A stretch of DNA of 63,178 bases, filler included, from Lenisia limosa (taxonomy: Eukaryota; Protista; Breviatea): the NCBI GenBank assembly GCA_001655205.1. It is 13 parts of 13 records of this genome, joined end to end, with 100 filler letters (N's around TTAATTAATTAA, not from the genome) between each part and the next. Parts side by side here need not be neighbours in the genome. Positions count along the whole stretch, not along the records: positions 34,202 to 36,657 come from LPNZ01009862.1; positions 36,758 to 38,457 come from LPNZ01005145.1; positions 38,558 to 42,215 come from LPNZ01006072.1; positions 42,316 to 48,592 come from LPNZ01011099.1; positions 48,693 to 50,580 come from LPNZ01006602.1; 8 more parts are not named here. One strand, given 5' to 3'. Below the pieces are notes generated by a model. That model searched no databases. It was not told the DNA's origin and was given only the letters and a program-made list of their open reading frames with translations. Of the stretch, positions 36,034-48,821 are shown in pieces (positions within the stretch are counted from its first letter, which is position 1; the number at the start of each line of letters is the position of its first letter). A program made the translations under genes and the position numbers.

Positions 36034-37805
36034 GAACCGGTCCTCATTTATCATAGCGTTTGGCACCACTCTAATCCTAGTAACCCACTAGGGAGAAGCA
36101 GAGTGATGATTGTCCATCCATAGTAGCTAAATGAGGTAAGAAAAATAAAATAGAATAGGAATTTAGAATAATCCAATAATGTACGAGTTAGAGAATAAAC
36201 CATAAAAAATGATAAAATTAAAATTTGTACTAAAGAGGAATGTGATGATTAGAGAATATAGTCCCCTTTTACCCGATTTGGAATATGCAGTCGCCACCGA
36301 GCTGTGAAATGTCCAGGAAAAAGAGCGAAGTAAATTGTGATACCTGTTAAGTGAGGAATGCGGTAATGGTGGTTGGTCAGTAGCGTTATTATCAGAGCGA
36401 TATGCTTTGCTGGGGCATGTGTTTTCCTTATCCATGACATGATAGTGGTATATCTTGACCGATTTCTCTTGAGAAATCATTGAGCAAATCGGTCAAGACC
36501 ACTTGCATGAGATATACAACCTCCATATTCAATATCTATTATAAGCGTGATGGTGTGGACAGCTTCGGCCAGGCACAACCTTATTTTATTTCTCATCTCT
36601 CTATATGTGCAGCTTCCAACCTGCTCCTGAGGATCTGGCCAACTTCCATTGTAGAAGNNNNNNNNNNNNNNNNNNNNNNNNNNNNNNNNNNNNNNNNNNN
36701 NTTAATTAATTAANNNNNNNNNNNNNNNNNNNNNNNNNNNNNNNNNNNNNNNNNNNNGAAAGCAACAAAACAAACAAAGGCCAGGCCAGTCGCTTCTGTA
36801 TAACCGCATCCCATCACTCCAGTGCACGGGGGAAATTTCGATAAAGAATATTGGAGTAAAGGAAGGGTGGGGGTGGGGTAAGGCGTGGAAAAAATGACAC
36901 AGAGACTGGTCTGTGTACCAAGCATACCTTTTGAAATATCAACACTAAATCATCATCATCAACATCAGCACCACCATCATCATCTTTAATATTCTTCTTC
37001 TCAAACAATAGGTCAACTATCAATAAATGATGACTTAATATAACAGACCAAACATCACACGGATAATTCAATTCGGGTCTTTTCTGGAACTGCAAAAGGT
37101 ATCCCGACGGTCCAAAAAAGACCAACTTATTCAATAAGCACTCGATAAGCACTCGATAAACCCTCGATAAATGCACTGTTTCATTTGACTTTTCCGCGCT
37201 ACAAGAAGCCCCTCTCATCACCACCAAGCCCTTCTGACTCACAGTTTCCATTTTTGTCGACGGAAAAATCCCCAGATCAACCGACAAGACCATCCGTTTC
37301 AACCCATGCTTAGCATCACTTAGGTTCACCTTATATAGCATTATAAGCCATAAAGGAAAGATGATTCAGCTACTTACCCCTTTGAATCGACATGGGGCAT
37401 AACAACGCCCATTACGAGCGTTGGCTGGGCATCTTCTTCGGCACTGGCGTTGACGTCCTGAAATCATCATTTTGCGGCTGATTGCGTTGTTTACAACGGG
37501 AGAAGGCCTCAAGAACATGGTTACAAACATTGTCAAGATCGCTGTTACTGTCACACATGGCTCCGTTTTCGTGCCTCGTGGTTGACTCTAGCTAGAAATA
37601 TCTATAATTAGTTAACACTGGTTATATTTTGCTGAATTTCGATTTCGACTTTTGATAATTATATAGTGGGGATTCTATCAACCAAGTAGAATATAAACGT
37701 GTGAAAGATGCATAAATATTGCTAAATTTATTGCTTATCTGTCGAAGAGACCAACTTTCTACTTTACGACAGAAGACTCTCGAGAAGAGGAGTAGAGAAA
37801 CAACA

Positions 37806-38457
37806 ATGATCCAAGCCCTTCTTCTTGCAGTCTGCGTTCTTCTATGTCATGTTACTGCCTACCACATGTATGTAGAGTGGATAGATACCACATTAACATC
37901 CACTTTGAAATTAATTTTCTCAATTAGTTAATTACAGAGGTCTAGTTATTTTTATTTTCAAGGAGGATTTCATTTTTAATTATGATTTCTATTTTAACAT
38001 TTGAAATGGGACATAGTGTCAGGAAATGTTATTTCAGAGACTTTTGTTGAATATCTACAAAGACTGAAGTCACTTTTTGACATTTTCTATGCAGTGATAT
38101 GGAGCCTTGTTCACCCCTCAAAGCTATCTCGAAAATCGGCCATATAGTTGTCTTACTTGGGGATATGGGTTAACATATGATCTAGTTAATCTATATGATA
38201 CCATATTACGTTGTTCGTAACATTATTTTCTAACATATATTTCATAAAATAATTATATAATATAGTATAGCTATATGATTACCATAATAATATAGAATTT
38301 TATAATAGTAAATATATGATAGAGTAGTTCATTACATCGTTTATAACATTAATAACATTGCAGCGTTGGCCACACGAACAGTTCCATCCATATAACCACC
38401 CTCAATTCTGATGTGAGCCTTTGGGGTGAAGTTCCGTATGTCTCCAGAACCTTCCTA
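37806..38457 (+). CDS. Putative secreted protein, 5' exons
   Basis: Signal peptide MIQALLLAVCVLLCHVTAYH followed by a GT donor; later exons before a gap. Confidence 0.5.
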
Positions 38458-38559
38458 NNNNNNNNNNNNNNNNNNNNNNNNNNNNNNNNNNNNNNNNNNN
38501 NTTAATTAATTAANNNNNNNNNNNNNNNNNNNNNNNNNNNNNNNNNNNNNNNNNNNNCT

Positions 38560-39839
38560 TGTGACTGAAGCACCAAAAACAGATAATGTGTGAGCGAGTG
38601 ACCATTTTCTAATAATAAAAAAAAGAAGTAACGGAAGGGAAAAAAGGAAAAGAGTACCAAGAATACGAAATCGTATCAGAAATACACCAATTTACCCCCC
38701 CCCCTCCCCTCTCCCAGCACAAACTTTTTTACACAGCCTCGTAAACAGGGCTTCAGCCCTGAGAAAGTCCACCGAATCAGGGGGATGAGTCACTAAGAGC
38801 TTGACAGTGTCATCAAGGGCCTGCCTTCTAATGGACGTGTCACCAAGACCAATTAAGGCGGATGCTTTGATAAGTGCAATATACGACACATATGTCATAC
38901 ATGTAGGTGCAATATACACGTACACTATATCACACATGTCGCCATAAGGAAGTGTCTATCGTTCTATCGTGTGAGGTAAGCAAGCTGCATACTTATTTCC
39001 TCTACCCCAACAATAGTTTAGAGGAGAAATTCCCAAAGAGTACATTCATCTTTGGGTTTACTATCACATATGATATGAAATGCTGTGAAGAAACATGTTC
39101 ACTACTCCTCCCCACGTCTTGCTATCAAGGATCTCGTGACAGCTGAGGCCCTGGAAGAAGCCAATTTCGAGTCCATACTTCAGGCCCTGCAACCGTCCTG
39201 ATCTAAGGGTTGTAAGTAATACAGCGAGACTGTCAAGAAATAAAATAAAAAAAACATAGAGACATAATTTATCGTGGTTTGATCGATAATTGGTTGGGAA
39301 CTCTCATAAAAGACAGAACACTTATGTACAAAAATGAAGAGAATAACGTTTTTTTTTTGCTTTTTTTGCAGTTTTCTTTAGCAAAGGGGGGGGNNNNNNN
39401 NNNNNNNNNNNNNNNNNNNNNNNNNNNNNNNNNNNNNNNNNNNNNNNNNNNNNNNNNNNNNNNNNNNNNNNNNNNNNNNNNNNNNNNNNNNNNNNNNNNN
39501 NNNNNNNNNNNNNNNNNNNNNNNNNNNNNNNNNNNNNNNNNNNNNNNNNNNNNNNNNNNNNNNNNNNTTCGCCTTCCTTGTAGGCAGAGGCAAATGCCGT
39601 CTGGAGAGTGAAAGAAAACAAAACACGAAAAATAACAAACTACCAGTAAGGCGGCAATAAACAAAGTACCAGTAAGGCGGCAATTTTGGTGAGCATTGAA
39701 GATAAAGCACTAGCCCCAAAGCCCAGGTAAAAAAAGAAAAAGCATGTAGCATCAAAACAAACAAACCCCCATTTGGCTTTGTTACACAAAGAACCCTGAC
39801 CTGGTCTGCCATAATAACGCTATCAAAAGGGTCCGTCAT
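38560..39839 (-). CDS. LTO1: LTO1/ORAOV1-like (Yae1_N family) protein
   Basis: MTDPFDSVIMADQ|TAFASAYKEGE..SGRLQGLKYGLEIGFFQGL..ALDDTVKLLVTHPPDSVDFLRAEALFTRLCKK matches the deca-GX3 pattern. Confidence 0.65.
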
Positions 39840-40169
39840 TGTGACGGGATACCAAGAATCAAGAACTGGCTCAATGTGGATTTGTGAAGTGTCGTTTCCT
39901 TCTCTCCGCTGATGCACTGTGTTCTGTGATGATACACTTTCTTCTTCCTGTTCAGTTTTCAATCGGCAATAGGTTTGGGGGNNNNNNNNNNNNNNNNNNN
40001 NNNNNNNNNNNNNNNNNNNNNNNNNNNNNNNNNNNNNNNNNNNNNNNNNNNNNNNNNNNNNNNNNNNNNNNNNNNNNNNNNNNNNTTTTTTTTTGAAAAA
40101 AGTTTTTATTGATATGATATATATATTTCTGTTGAACTTATTTCCTCTTTTTGGACAGCTTTTGAGCTT

Positions 40170-42150
40170 TTGGAGAACATGCTAGCTCGTTGGCAACAAG
40201 TCCCAAACAAGCCTCAATGATGGGAATTAAATTCAAGGTGGTATAGTCACCCACCCCCTTATCATATCATCCACAAGACAACTGTTCACTCAGAGCCTGT
40301 AACTTCAAGTTTGAAACTAAGATAAATTACAACCAATAAATATGACCTAATATTTTACAATTGACGCGCCGTCAGGCTACATAAGTGTCTAAGAGAGTTA
40401 GACAAAGGCTGTTGGGAGGGCGGGGGAGGGGGGTGTATACCGCTAGTATTGTGCAGAGCAAATGAGGGTAGAAATGAGCAGAAAAATCTAAGATAGTGAA
40501 AGCATACAGTCCACTCACCACTTCTTCATTCCTGCAGGTTTGATTCTTGAACCTGGAGACGATCGCATTGTTACCGAATCTCTCGAATATGACGATCTAA
40601 ATGATCAGTTTGAGGGGGAACCTATCATCGTCATTCATATCCAGTTTCACGGATCTCATGTCCATTGGAGTGCGAAGAGTCGCTCACCTTCTTATTGACG
40701 CTCTTGTGGGACTGTTGACGTGGGATTTCGGACTGCCAAGTGGCGTTCTAGAAGGTTCAGAATGGATATCACATTCGATTTATTAATTGTAGCATGAGGA
40801 ATACGAAAGGAATCAGTAAACGTTTCTTGCTATTTTACTAAAGCAGTTACATCTGCGGCCTGAACTCATGCTTCACAAAAAATAATACAACTTTGAAATT
40901 GAAGATCATAATTATTCCTTCTCAATACAAACACAATGTTTTTGCCCCTGCTTGCAACCATCACCCCACCTTGGTGAAGCCATTGTAGGCGGTCGCGGCT
41001 GCAGAGGTGATGCATTGGACAGTTTGCTGCATCTCGAGGATGCAGAGGAAAGGTCTGTGATCAGCCGCTCAATCTCACCAAGAAGCAAACCAGCTCCCTC
41101 TGTACCTGCGGGGGGGGGGGGNNNNNNNNNNNNNNNNNNNNNNNNNNNNNNNNNNNNNNNNNNNNNNNNNNNNNNNNNNNNNNNNNNNNNNNNNNNNNNN
41201 NNNNNNNNNNNNNNNNNNNNNNNNNNNNNNNNNNNNNNNNNNNNNNNNNNNNNNNNNNNNNNNNNNNNNNNNNNNNNNNNNNNNNNNNNNNNNNNNNNNN
41301 NNNNNNNNNNNNNNNNNNNNNNNNNNNNNNGAAATTTATACCTGCTTATTATTTGCTCAGACTCTTTGAAAATGATAAACCCCATAGCCACCCCATAGCC
41401 ACCCCACAAACCCTTGATGTTTCGTATTGACGGCACCTCGAAAGTGAGGCGCTGTTTGATGGCGCGAATGGTGGAAGACGACGCCAATAGAGTGTCGGAT
41501 ATGTCGGCAATTCCGATGGTTGTGAGTGTCAGACGATCTTCCGCCCTGAGCAGGTGAAAAGGGCAGATGCAACATGAAAGAAGAGAGATGGGACAATTAC
41601 ACCTCTAGATTTGAAGGGGGGCGGAGCGGTCAAAATAAAAAAAACTGTTTTGTCTTTTTGGGATGCGGATATCTCGAAGATTGATCTTTATCCTTGCCCC
41701 CCCCCCCCCCNNNNNNNNNNNNNNNNNNNNNNNNNNNNNNNNNNNNNNNNNNNNNNNNNNNNNNNNNNNNNNNNNNNNNNNNNNNNNNNNNNNNNNNNNN
41801 NNNNNNNNNNNNNNNNNNNNNNNNNNNNNNNNNNNNNNNNNNNNNNNNNNNNNNNNNNNNNNNNNNNNNNNNNNNNNAAACTGACGGACTGGATGGAGGA
41901 CTTCGCGTCTGAGCGCAAGATGAAAGAATGATGGAAGCATGGTGACAGAATGATGGCTGTAAGTTCCCGCCCAATGCAAAATGGACAAAAAAAGCATCAG
42001 ATAGTATCCTGTAAACAACAACTTTCCCGAACCAAGACCAACCCGAATCTGTCATGGTGGATTTGGTGGTGGTGGGCTTGGCTCTTCGTCCAATCACAGA
42101 ACGTAACGCTGTTAACTCCCCTGATATATCAGTGCTTTGTAGAGAGAAAT
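40170..42150 (-). CDS. Hypothetical multi-exon protein (partial)
   Basis: Exons such as DISGELTALRSVIGRRAKP, LLASSSTIRAIKQRLTFEVPSIRNIK and IEACLGLVANELACSPKAQKLSKKRK*. Confidence 0.5.
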
Positions 42151-42420
42151 AGGACTCCTGTGAAATAATAATAATCGAAAAGCCTGTTATACATCCCATC
42201 CCTGTTACCCCCCCCNNNNNNNNNNNNNNNNNNNNNNNNNNNNNNNNNNNNNNNNNNNNTTAATTAATTAANNNNNNNNNNNNNNNNNNNNNNNNNNNNN
42301 NNNNNNNNNNNNNNNATACTGTAATACTCAACTTATTCTATTAAGGAAAATGTTCATTTAGCTTGTTTTCACAGATAGAGGAAAATTCACAGATATATGG
42401 ACGGTGATAAGGTACGTCAC

Positions 42421-43868
42421 CTGACCGGTGAACACTAACCTGACTGTGAACATCAGACTTTTTTTTTTTCGTTTATTTTATCATAATTGCGATATATATA
42501 TATCCCAAAAATTGCCCAGTTTTATTTAAAAATGGCTGTTAAATAAGAGAAGAAAAGTTCTTGGGATAATAAAACACACAAAAAAATCACTGAACTGAAC
42601 TGAACTGAACTGAACATATTCCATTTATGTCGACTCGATCTAGATTTCTCTTTTGAAAAAACTTTGGAGTGGTGGAATTGGCTTACGCAAATGTTTCCCC
42701 TTTAACCCCTGGTTCAACAAAACTCGGTTCTCTTTTGTTTTGTTATCCATAAAGGCGATGTCAAGATAATTTGAAATAGTTTTTAGAATACTGGAAAAGT
42801 CATTCTTCAAACCAGATACTGTTTTGAGCGGAACACTATTTTCAGAATTCTCTGCGACGAATCAGCAGTATTAGGCATGACGTTGTTGTTCAGCAACTAA
42901 CTGTAGACTTTTGACAAACCCCGAAAAGTAAAAGACTCTTGATGCTTCCAGTATTAAGCAAATCAAAAATAGAGACGAAGTGCTACGAAGAGTTGTTGAA
43001 GTATATAAATATTTTGGAACAAATTTGTTCTTGAAAATTCTGTTTTTCCCAGCAAAAAACTTTTTCCAGAAAATTCACTGTATTGTTCCAGGAAAACCAC
43101 TGAAAAAGTGAAAAAAATCCGATTCAAGTCTTTTCCAATCGAAATACCTCTCGTTTTTTTTTGCTCGTGGTTGTCTTGCTTTTGTTACTCAGAGTTTTAT
43201 GTTGAGGAAAACTCCTTGTAAAAAATCAGAAAACCACTCCCAGGAAAAAAAAAGGTTCTTTGTAGGAAAACCACTGTAAAAGTGAAAAAATCCCTACTCC
43301 AGTGTTTTCCATTTGAATTCCTCCTCGTTTTTTTCTTCATGGTTGTCTTCTTTTGTTCCTCGGAGTTTTCTGAGNNNNNNNNNNNNNNNNNNNNNNNNNN
43401 NNNNNNNNNAAGAAATGAAGCAATTTTTTTGACGCCTGCCTCCTTTTTTTAACTGAGTCCGTAAACTTGTGTTTTCCGGCCAGAAATCTCCAGTAAAAAA
43501 AAGCAGAAAACCACTCCCAGGAAAAAAAACTCGGGTTTTTCTTTTTAATACTTCATTTGGAAATGACCTTGGTACTGTTAACTGCTATTTCTTCAATATA
43601 TCATATATTCAATGTAGATGATATAATTATCATTAATTGATACATTTACATTCTTGTCCTTAAAAAATGATTTGTATTTTACCGGTCTTTTTCGGACCTG
43701 AGTGAAGCCTTTGTTGGTGTCATATATTGTTGACTGGGATAATAAAATTTTTGTTGTATTTATTATGACAAAATCGTAGCAATATCAAGTAATATTGAAA
43801 AAAGAAAGAAAAAGGGCCGATGTTCACGGCCAGGTTATGTTCACGGTCAGGTTAGTGTTCACGGTCAG
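42421..43868. mobile_element. Non-autonomous TIR element (~1.45 kb) with tandem sub-repeats in its ends and internal ~190-bp repeats
   Basis: Left end ctgaccggtgaacactaacctgactgtgaacatc matches the reverse complement of the right end, ctgaccgtgaacactaacctgaccgtgaacataacctggccgtgaacatc. Internal duplicated blocks ggaaaaccactg.aaaagtgaaaaaa and gaaaaccactcccaggaaaaa. Confidence 0.65.
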
Positions 43869-43880
43869 NNNNNNNNNNGC

Positions 43881-43920
43881 TTAAAACCGCGAACAAAAAC
43901 TGAGGGGTTTCCTCAATTCT
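43881..43920 (+). mobile_element. Second copy of the left end of the 170-1070 element
   Basis: ttaaaaccgcgaacaaaaactgaggggtttcctcaatt versus ttaaaaccgcgaacaaaaaggaggtgtctctttcaatt. Confidence 0.65.
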
Positions 43921-44080
43921 GGACACAAGATATTCCTTGTTAACCCTGTTTTTACTGTTTTTAATGTTTCCCTTCAAACACACTTACTGAACGGAGAATC
44001 GTTGGCTTGTCTGTGGCTTTCAATGTAAAAACGTAACACCAACCTAAATATGATATTCTCTGCATTTCTTACCTCTACAG

Positions 44081-44430
44081 ATTCAAAATGTCTTTGGGCA
44101 TTATGGTATTACAATTGATCCACGTCACTTAAGTATTGTGAGCGATTTCATGACCCATACAGGCTGTTATAGGTAAATAACTACTTCTCTAATTCCGACC
44201 ATTTAACCGAATGGGAATGGCAAGTATGGGTTCTCCTCTTCTGAAAATGTCCTTTGAAACATCAGCTGGTTTTTTAACTGAAGTATTTTCTTCTTCTTTT
44301 TTTATAGGCTGCTCTTTGTCCTGCACAGAGTAGTGTTGACCCACTTTTAACTCCTGCGTCAACCATTGTTGTGGGGAAATGCCTTCAGAGAATTGGAACT
44401 TCTGTGTGTGATATATTACAAGTGCTATAA
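44081..44430 (+). CDS. RPA1: RNA polymerase I largest subunit, last three exons only
   Basis: IQNVFGHYGITIDPRHLSIVSDFMTHTGCYR|PFNRMGMASMGSPLLKMSFETSAGFLTE|..DPLLTPASTIVVGK..IGTSVCDIL*. Confidence 0.8.
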
Positions 44431-44489
44431 TTGTTTAGATATAACTTTTTTGAATTTTGATTAGTTCAAGTTTGTTGAGACTTTGAGAG

Positions 44490-45299
44490 GGGGGTAATTC
44501 CTTCATTGATACCCCACAAGAGCAACCTTATACAGACGAAATCCCACCCGACGCATCAATGTAGTCTCTCCAGATCGGTGTCCCAAATTGTGAGTACTGA
44601 GTTCCTGGAATCAGTTAAACCGAAATCATAAAGTTTACCTGAGAAGAGGACGGAGCAGGGGAGACTGCTAGCTTTTGGTCACTGTAACCCTTGGTCCCAC
44701 ATGCTGGAGCCAGATCAAGTTTCTGGTTCCACAGCGTGAAGTGCCTTGTCGAATTACAGCACCCCAGCTCTGGGTTGACCATGTAAATAATGTAGTCTCC
44801 TGAATGAAATAAGAACCACAAGTAACACGATAAAATCATACCAAGAGCATGGGAAAACCTTGTTCTCAAAGACATATCATTGGCTGATACGAGAAACCTT
44901 GCAACCTCAGCTGAGATAGGTGTTTCAGCTATTCTGAAGAGTAAGAGTACACTTTCCGGTTGTAACAGCTAACATGTGTCTGTTCTAAGATTAGAGGCCG
45001 ATAGAACAGGATAACCCCTCAACACACCGATAAACGCTCCCTTCAACCTTTCGCATGTTTGCCCCAACACGCGCCTTGACAACAACCTTTAGGTTGTTAA
45101 CCCCCTCATAAACACGGCGCTCGCCTTCTTTGGCAACCCTCAGAGTTGCCAACCAAGGGAGAGTCGACACTGATGATGTCACGCTCATCTTATCTTTCAA
45201 TTTATTTATGACTTTAGATCTGCTTTTGAACCATTTGGTTAATTGGGGAAAGGTTCGGAGGAGTCCAAAAAAGGTCAGCCGGCCTTCGCTCTTGACCAC
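44490..45299 (-). CDS. Hypothetical spliced gene or gene relic
   Basis: Open blocks (ORFs 44991-45299 and 44615-44875) with plausible GT-AG introns; no recognisable motif. Confidence 0.35.
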
Positions 45300-45888
45300 C
45301 CAACCCTATCTCGTCACTCAAGTCACTTTGGAACTTCACTCTTGATTTATTGATTGTATCTTTGTATTTATTATTGCCGTCTTTTTGTGATTTTTCGTGG
45401 CACAGCTTAGTTTCAACGTGCCGCGGAGTTCAATAAATTTGAACACCGGGAGCGTGTTTGCAAATCAATCTTGGCTCTTGATTAATTTTTCTGACATATC
45501 TAAGAGAATTGACAAGGAGTTTAGCAAGTAAGCGGTGCTGAGGTTGCGAATCTTTTTTTTGAAAATGCTTTTAGTACCTATCTTCTTCCTTCCTTACCAC
45601 TCTTAGGAACAAGAACACCAAATCACTTGAATAAGCGGTAAGAGATATTATCTTGCTTTGTTTTTATCCCTCTTGCTGTTTTGCCTGATATTGTTGCTGT
45701 CACCTGAAATTGTTCAGCTATAAAATTATTTCCTGTTGATTGAGGAGATGTGACGTGCATGAAGATGACGGAAAAACCAGAAATTGTATGTACAACCTTC
45801 CTTGTTTTAGCCTGAGCATATTTTGAATGGATGTTCTATCTTTTTATTTCTAGTTTTTGTGATCATTCAATAATTTGTTCAGGAAAGA

Positions 45889-46260
45889 GTGTGCAGGAAA
45901 TGCCTCCGCACTATTTTAGGTTTTCACATCCGGGATCAGAATGACCCTACCAACCCTGAGTGGTATTGCACCCGAAGTGCAATATTACCACTGAAACAAT
46001 GCATCCCTGCCTCCATCACCCTCCACCCCTATCAAAAAGAGGCCATCCAGTTTCTCGCCGATGGCCACACGGTCGTCAACACTGCGGCATGTGGCATGGG
46101 CAAGTCACTTGTACCAAATGTGTTTTATCACATGAGAAATTAGAGGGCATTGCCTTTACCATCCTGCCGACCCGGGCGTTAGCCATTAGTCACAAAGATG
46201 CGGACTTCACCGCAGTTAAGGAGACGAACTTGGAGGGTCACTATGCTGTCCGTGTTAACG
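45889..46260 (+). pseudogene. SF2 (RecQ/DEAH-like) helicase N-terminal fragment, frameshifted
   Basis: Q motif and Walker A LHPYQKEAIQFLADGHTVVNTAACGMGKSL; motif Ia GIAFTILPTRAL in a shifted frame; no DExH exon downstream. Confidence 0.65.
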
Positions 46261-48821
46261 GTCTTATGGGTTGGTGGAGCGGATGGCTATTTTCCATTAT
46301 TTTCCTTTTGTCTTAAATGTTGATGAGGGTTTTTTTCTTCTTCTTCTCTGTGATAACGACCTTTTTATAATATGATACAAAGATGTAATATGAACACTTA
46401 AGTATGGTATATTATATACATACTACATTTAAAAATATGCTCGTGCGCCAAAACCCCGTTGTTTTTGGAATATCCCGTCACATTTGAATAAACGGCGGCG
46501 TCTAAGACCTCAAGAATCCATTTTTTTTACTTTTCTAACCAGCAGACAGTAAAAATTAGCAAAATTAAAAAAGTTATTTTAAAAAAATTATTCGGAAGTC
46601 TCGCAAGTCCAGTTCACCCCCTTTGCACGAGTTTTTTTTAAAAAATTGACCCCCTCTTTTTAAGCTACCCAATTTTTTTAACATTTTTTTACACAGAATC
46701 AAGAAGAAGACATCCAGATCAGTTGTTTGCCACCTTTTTTTTTGAATAACAAATGACAGCTAGATGTTACAAAGTTGGCAGATTTGGTCCGCTGAAACAT
46801 GATAAGTAAAGGTTTGGGGGTATATGAATGACTATTTGGGACATTAACGGTTCTCTTCAAAAGATTTGCTATATGAAGTCTCAATTTGTTTGTTTCCAAT
46901 TGTATTTCATCTTATTATTGTTCTGAATAACAATAGACTCAGAGTTTCCAATTCAACTGTCTCATTTTAAAAGGTTTTGAGAGAATAATTTAGCTAAAAA
47001 AAGCGTAAATTTGCAGTTTGTGGGTGTTTATATGGAAATGGTCCTTTCTATTCTATGTTTCACAACAATTTTCAACCAATTATTTATTGGGTTGTTCAAA
47101 TAATTTCGCCAATCAAGAGAAAATATTATATTTGCTAGACTGCCCCATATCCACTAGTGATATGATCATACGACCGATTTACGAGTCGAAATGATAACGG
47201 AGATATCACAGGTTTATTTCGAGTGTATTAGAGTGTCATCGAGACTTATTGATCAATTATCACACAAGTGGATATGAGGTAATATTCATATTACTGTGTA
47301 GAAAATGATATTGCACACGTGTGAAAAAGACCCAAAAAGTGATGTTTTTGTTTATTTGGAAACAAAGTATGAAGGGAAGCCTTCACCTTGAGTGTCAAAA
47401 CCGGCAGCACCAAGAAAGCGCAGACAGGAGCAGCGGCGGAAATCAATGGTCTTTTTTCTAAAATCAAGTCAGTTATTCATAACAAGGATACAAACAGAAA
47501 CGTTGAAATCTCACTGTCAACTTTCCAGACTTGGACTTTTCCTTGATATACTTGAAGAAAAAGTCCACAGCTTGTCCAGGATGCGCTTCTTCTTGCTCAT
47601 CAAGCCATTTGAAGGAATAAAAGCAGTTGGTTTAAAGCATAACGACGAGCCAATTAAGCCTCTTAGCCCGCCTTGCTCACGCTCATAACATTGATAAAGA
47701 GTGTTGGGAACTTATTTGAAAGCAAGGGAAAAGCCCCTATTGAACACCCGGTCCATGTTCGTCAACTTTCTTTTAAGTAATATTTCAGATACAAATATTG
47801 TTAACATATTCACAAGTAATTAGGAAGATGATTCAAAAGTAATCCTTGTGAAATTACTGAAATATAGCCCATTTAGAGAGTGAACAGCACAAAATTGAGT
47901 GAAATGGAAATCTTAGAAAAAAACCATCAAACAAGTGTATTTTTGGAATGCAAAACTGTCAAGAGTATTTTTCACAAATTATTTTCTGCATTTTTACTCC
48001 TTCAAAATCCCTGTAATAAATTTTAGTGCGTGCTCTGACCAACGCTACTCTCTCCCTATCAAGATAATGTTTTGTGTTGTTCCACCTGGATGATAACATG
48101 AACTGGGCTACTATGGAATACCATCACTGGAAGGAAAGGTCTACTCCCTGTTCGGATCGGAAGTCAAACAGTTCATGTTAAAAATATCATTTTTTTCTCA
48201 ACATTTACAATATCAAAATACAACCCCCTCCCCCATGACTGAAAGGTTTATGTATTAATAGCACCTTTTTTCCAACCAAAAAACAAAGAAAAAAATGAAT
48301 TGGATGTCAGCGTTTCAATCGTACTTATTCAAACAGGAAGTCAATTGTTATGGGAAGCTTGAGGAGAGCTTCCCCGAAATGAGTACAGAAAAATCGATTC
48401 ACTTTCCACTCTTACCTTAGCCTTATCGTTACCAGCTCGCTGGCGAAGCCTTGCCTGGACTTGCTTGATGTGGACCATTTTTGTACAAGGACCAATGCTA
48501 AAACATAATTTGGTAAGGCAAGAAGGGAAATAGACCTCAACACCATCACTTATTGAAAAAAAAAATGACTGAAAAAGCCAGTCAAAATTCGANNNNNNNN
48601 NNNNNNNNNNNNNNNNNNNNNNNNNNNNNNNNNNNNTTAATTAATTAANNNNNNNNNNNNNNNNNNNNNNNNNNNNNNNNNNNNNNNNNNNNCACTCTCC
48701 AGCACTCTGTCAGCCCAGAGTTGATTTTGGGCTTTTCTATATGATATATTATTACATGATATGTGATATAAATTTTCCATTTTCACTGGAAATTTCCTTT
48801 GATTTCACCCCTCCCCCCCAG

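Noticed and set aside
39269-42199. Long ORFs containing X runs (also ~32100-32800, 35000-35900, 49000-50500)
   Set aside because: Their length comes from read-through of N gaps.
47380-47700. TIDFRRCSCLRF as a SWIM finger of a Mutator transposase
   Set aside because: Only the CxC half is present; no CxH half or DDE motifs were found. Possibly an exon of an unknown minus-strand gene, but too weak to call.
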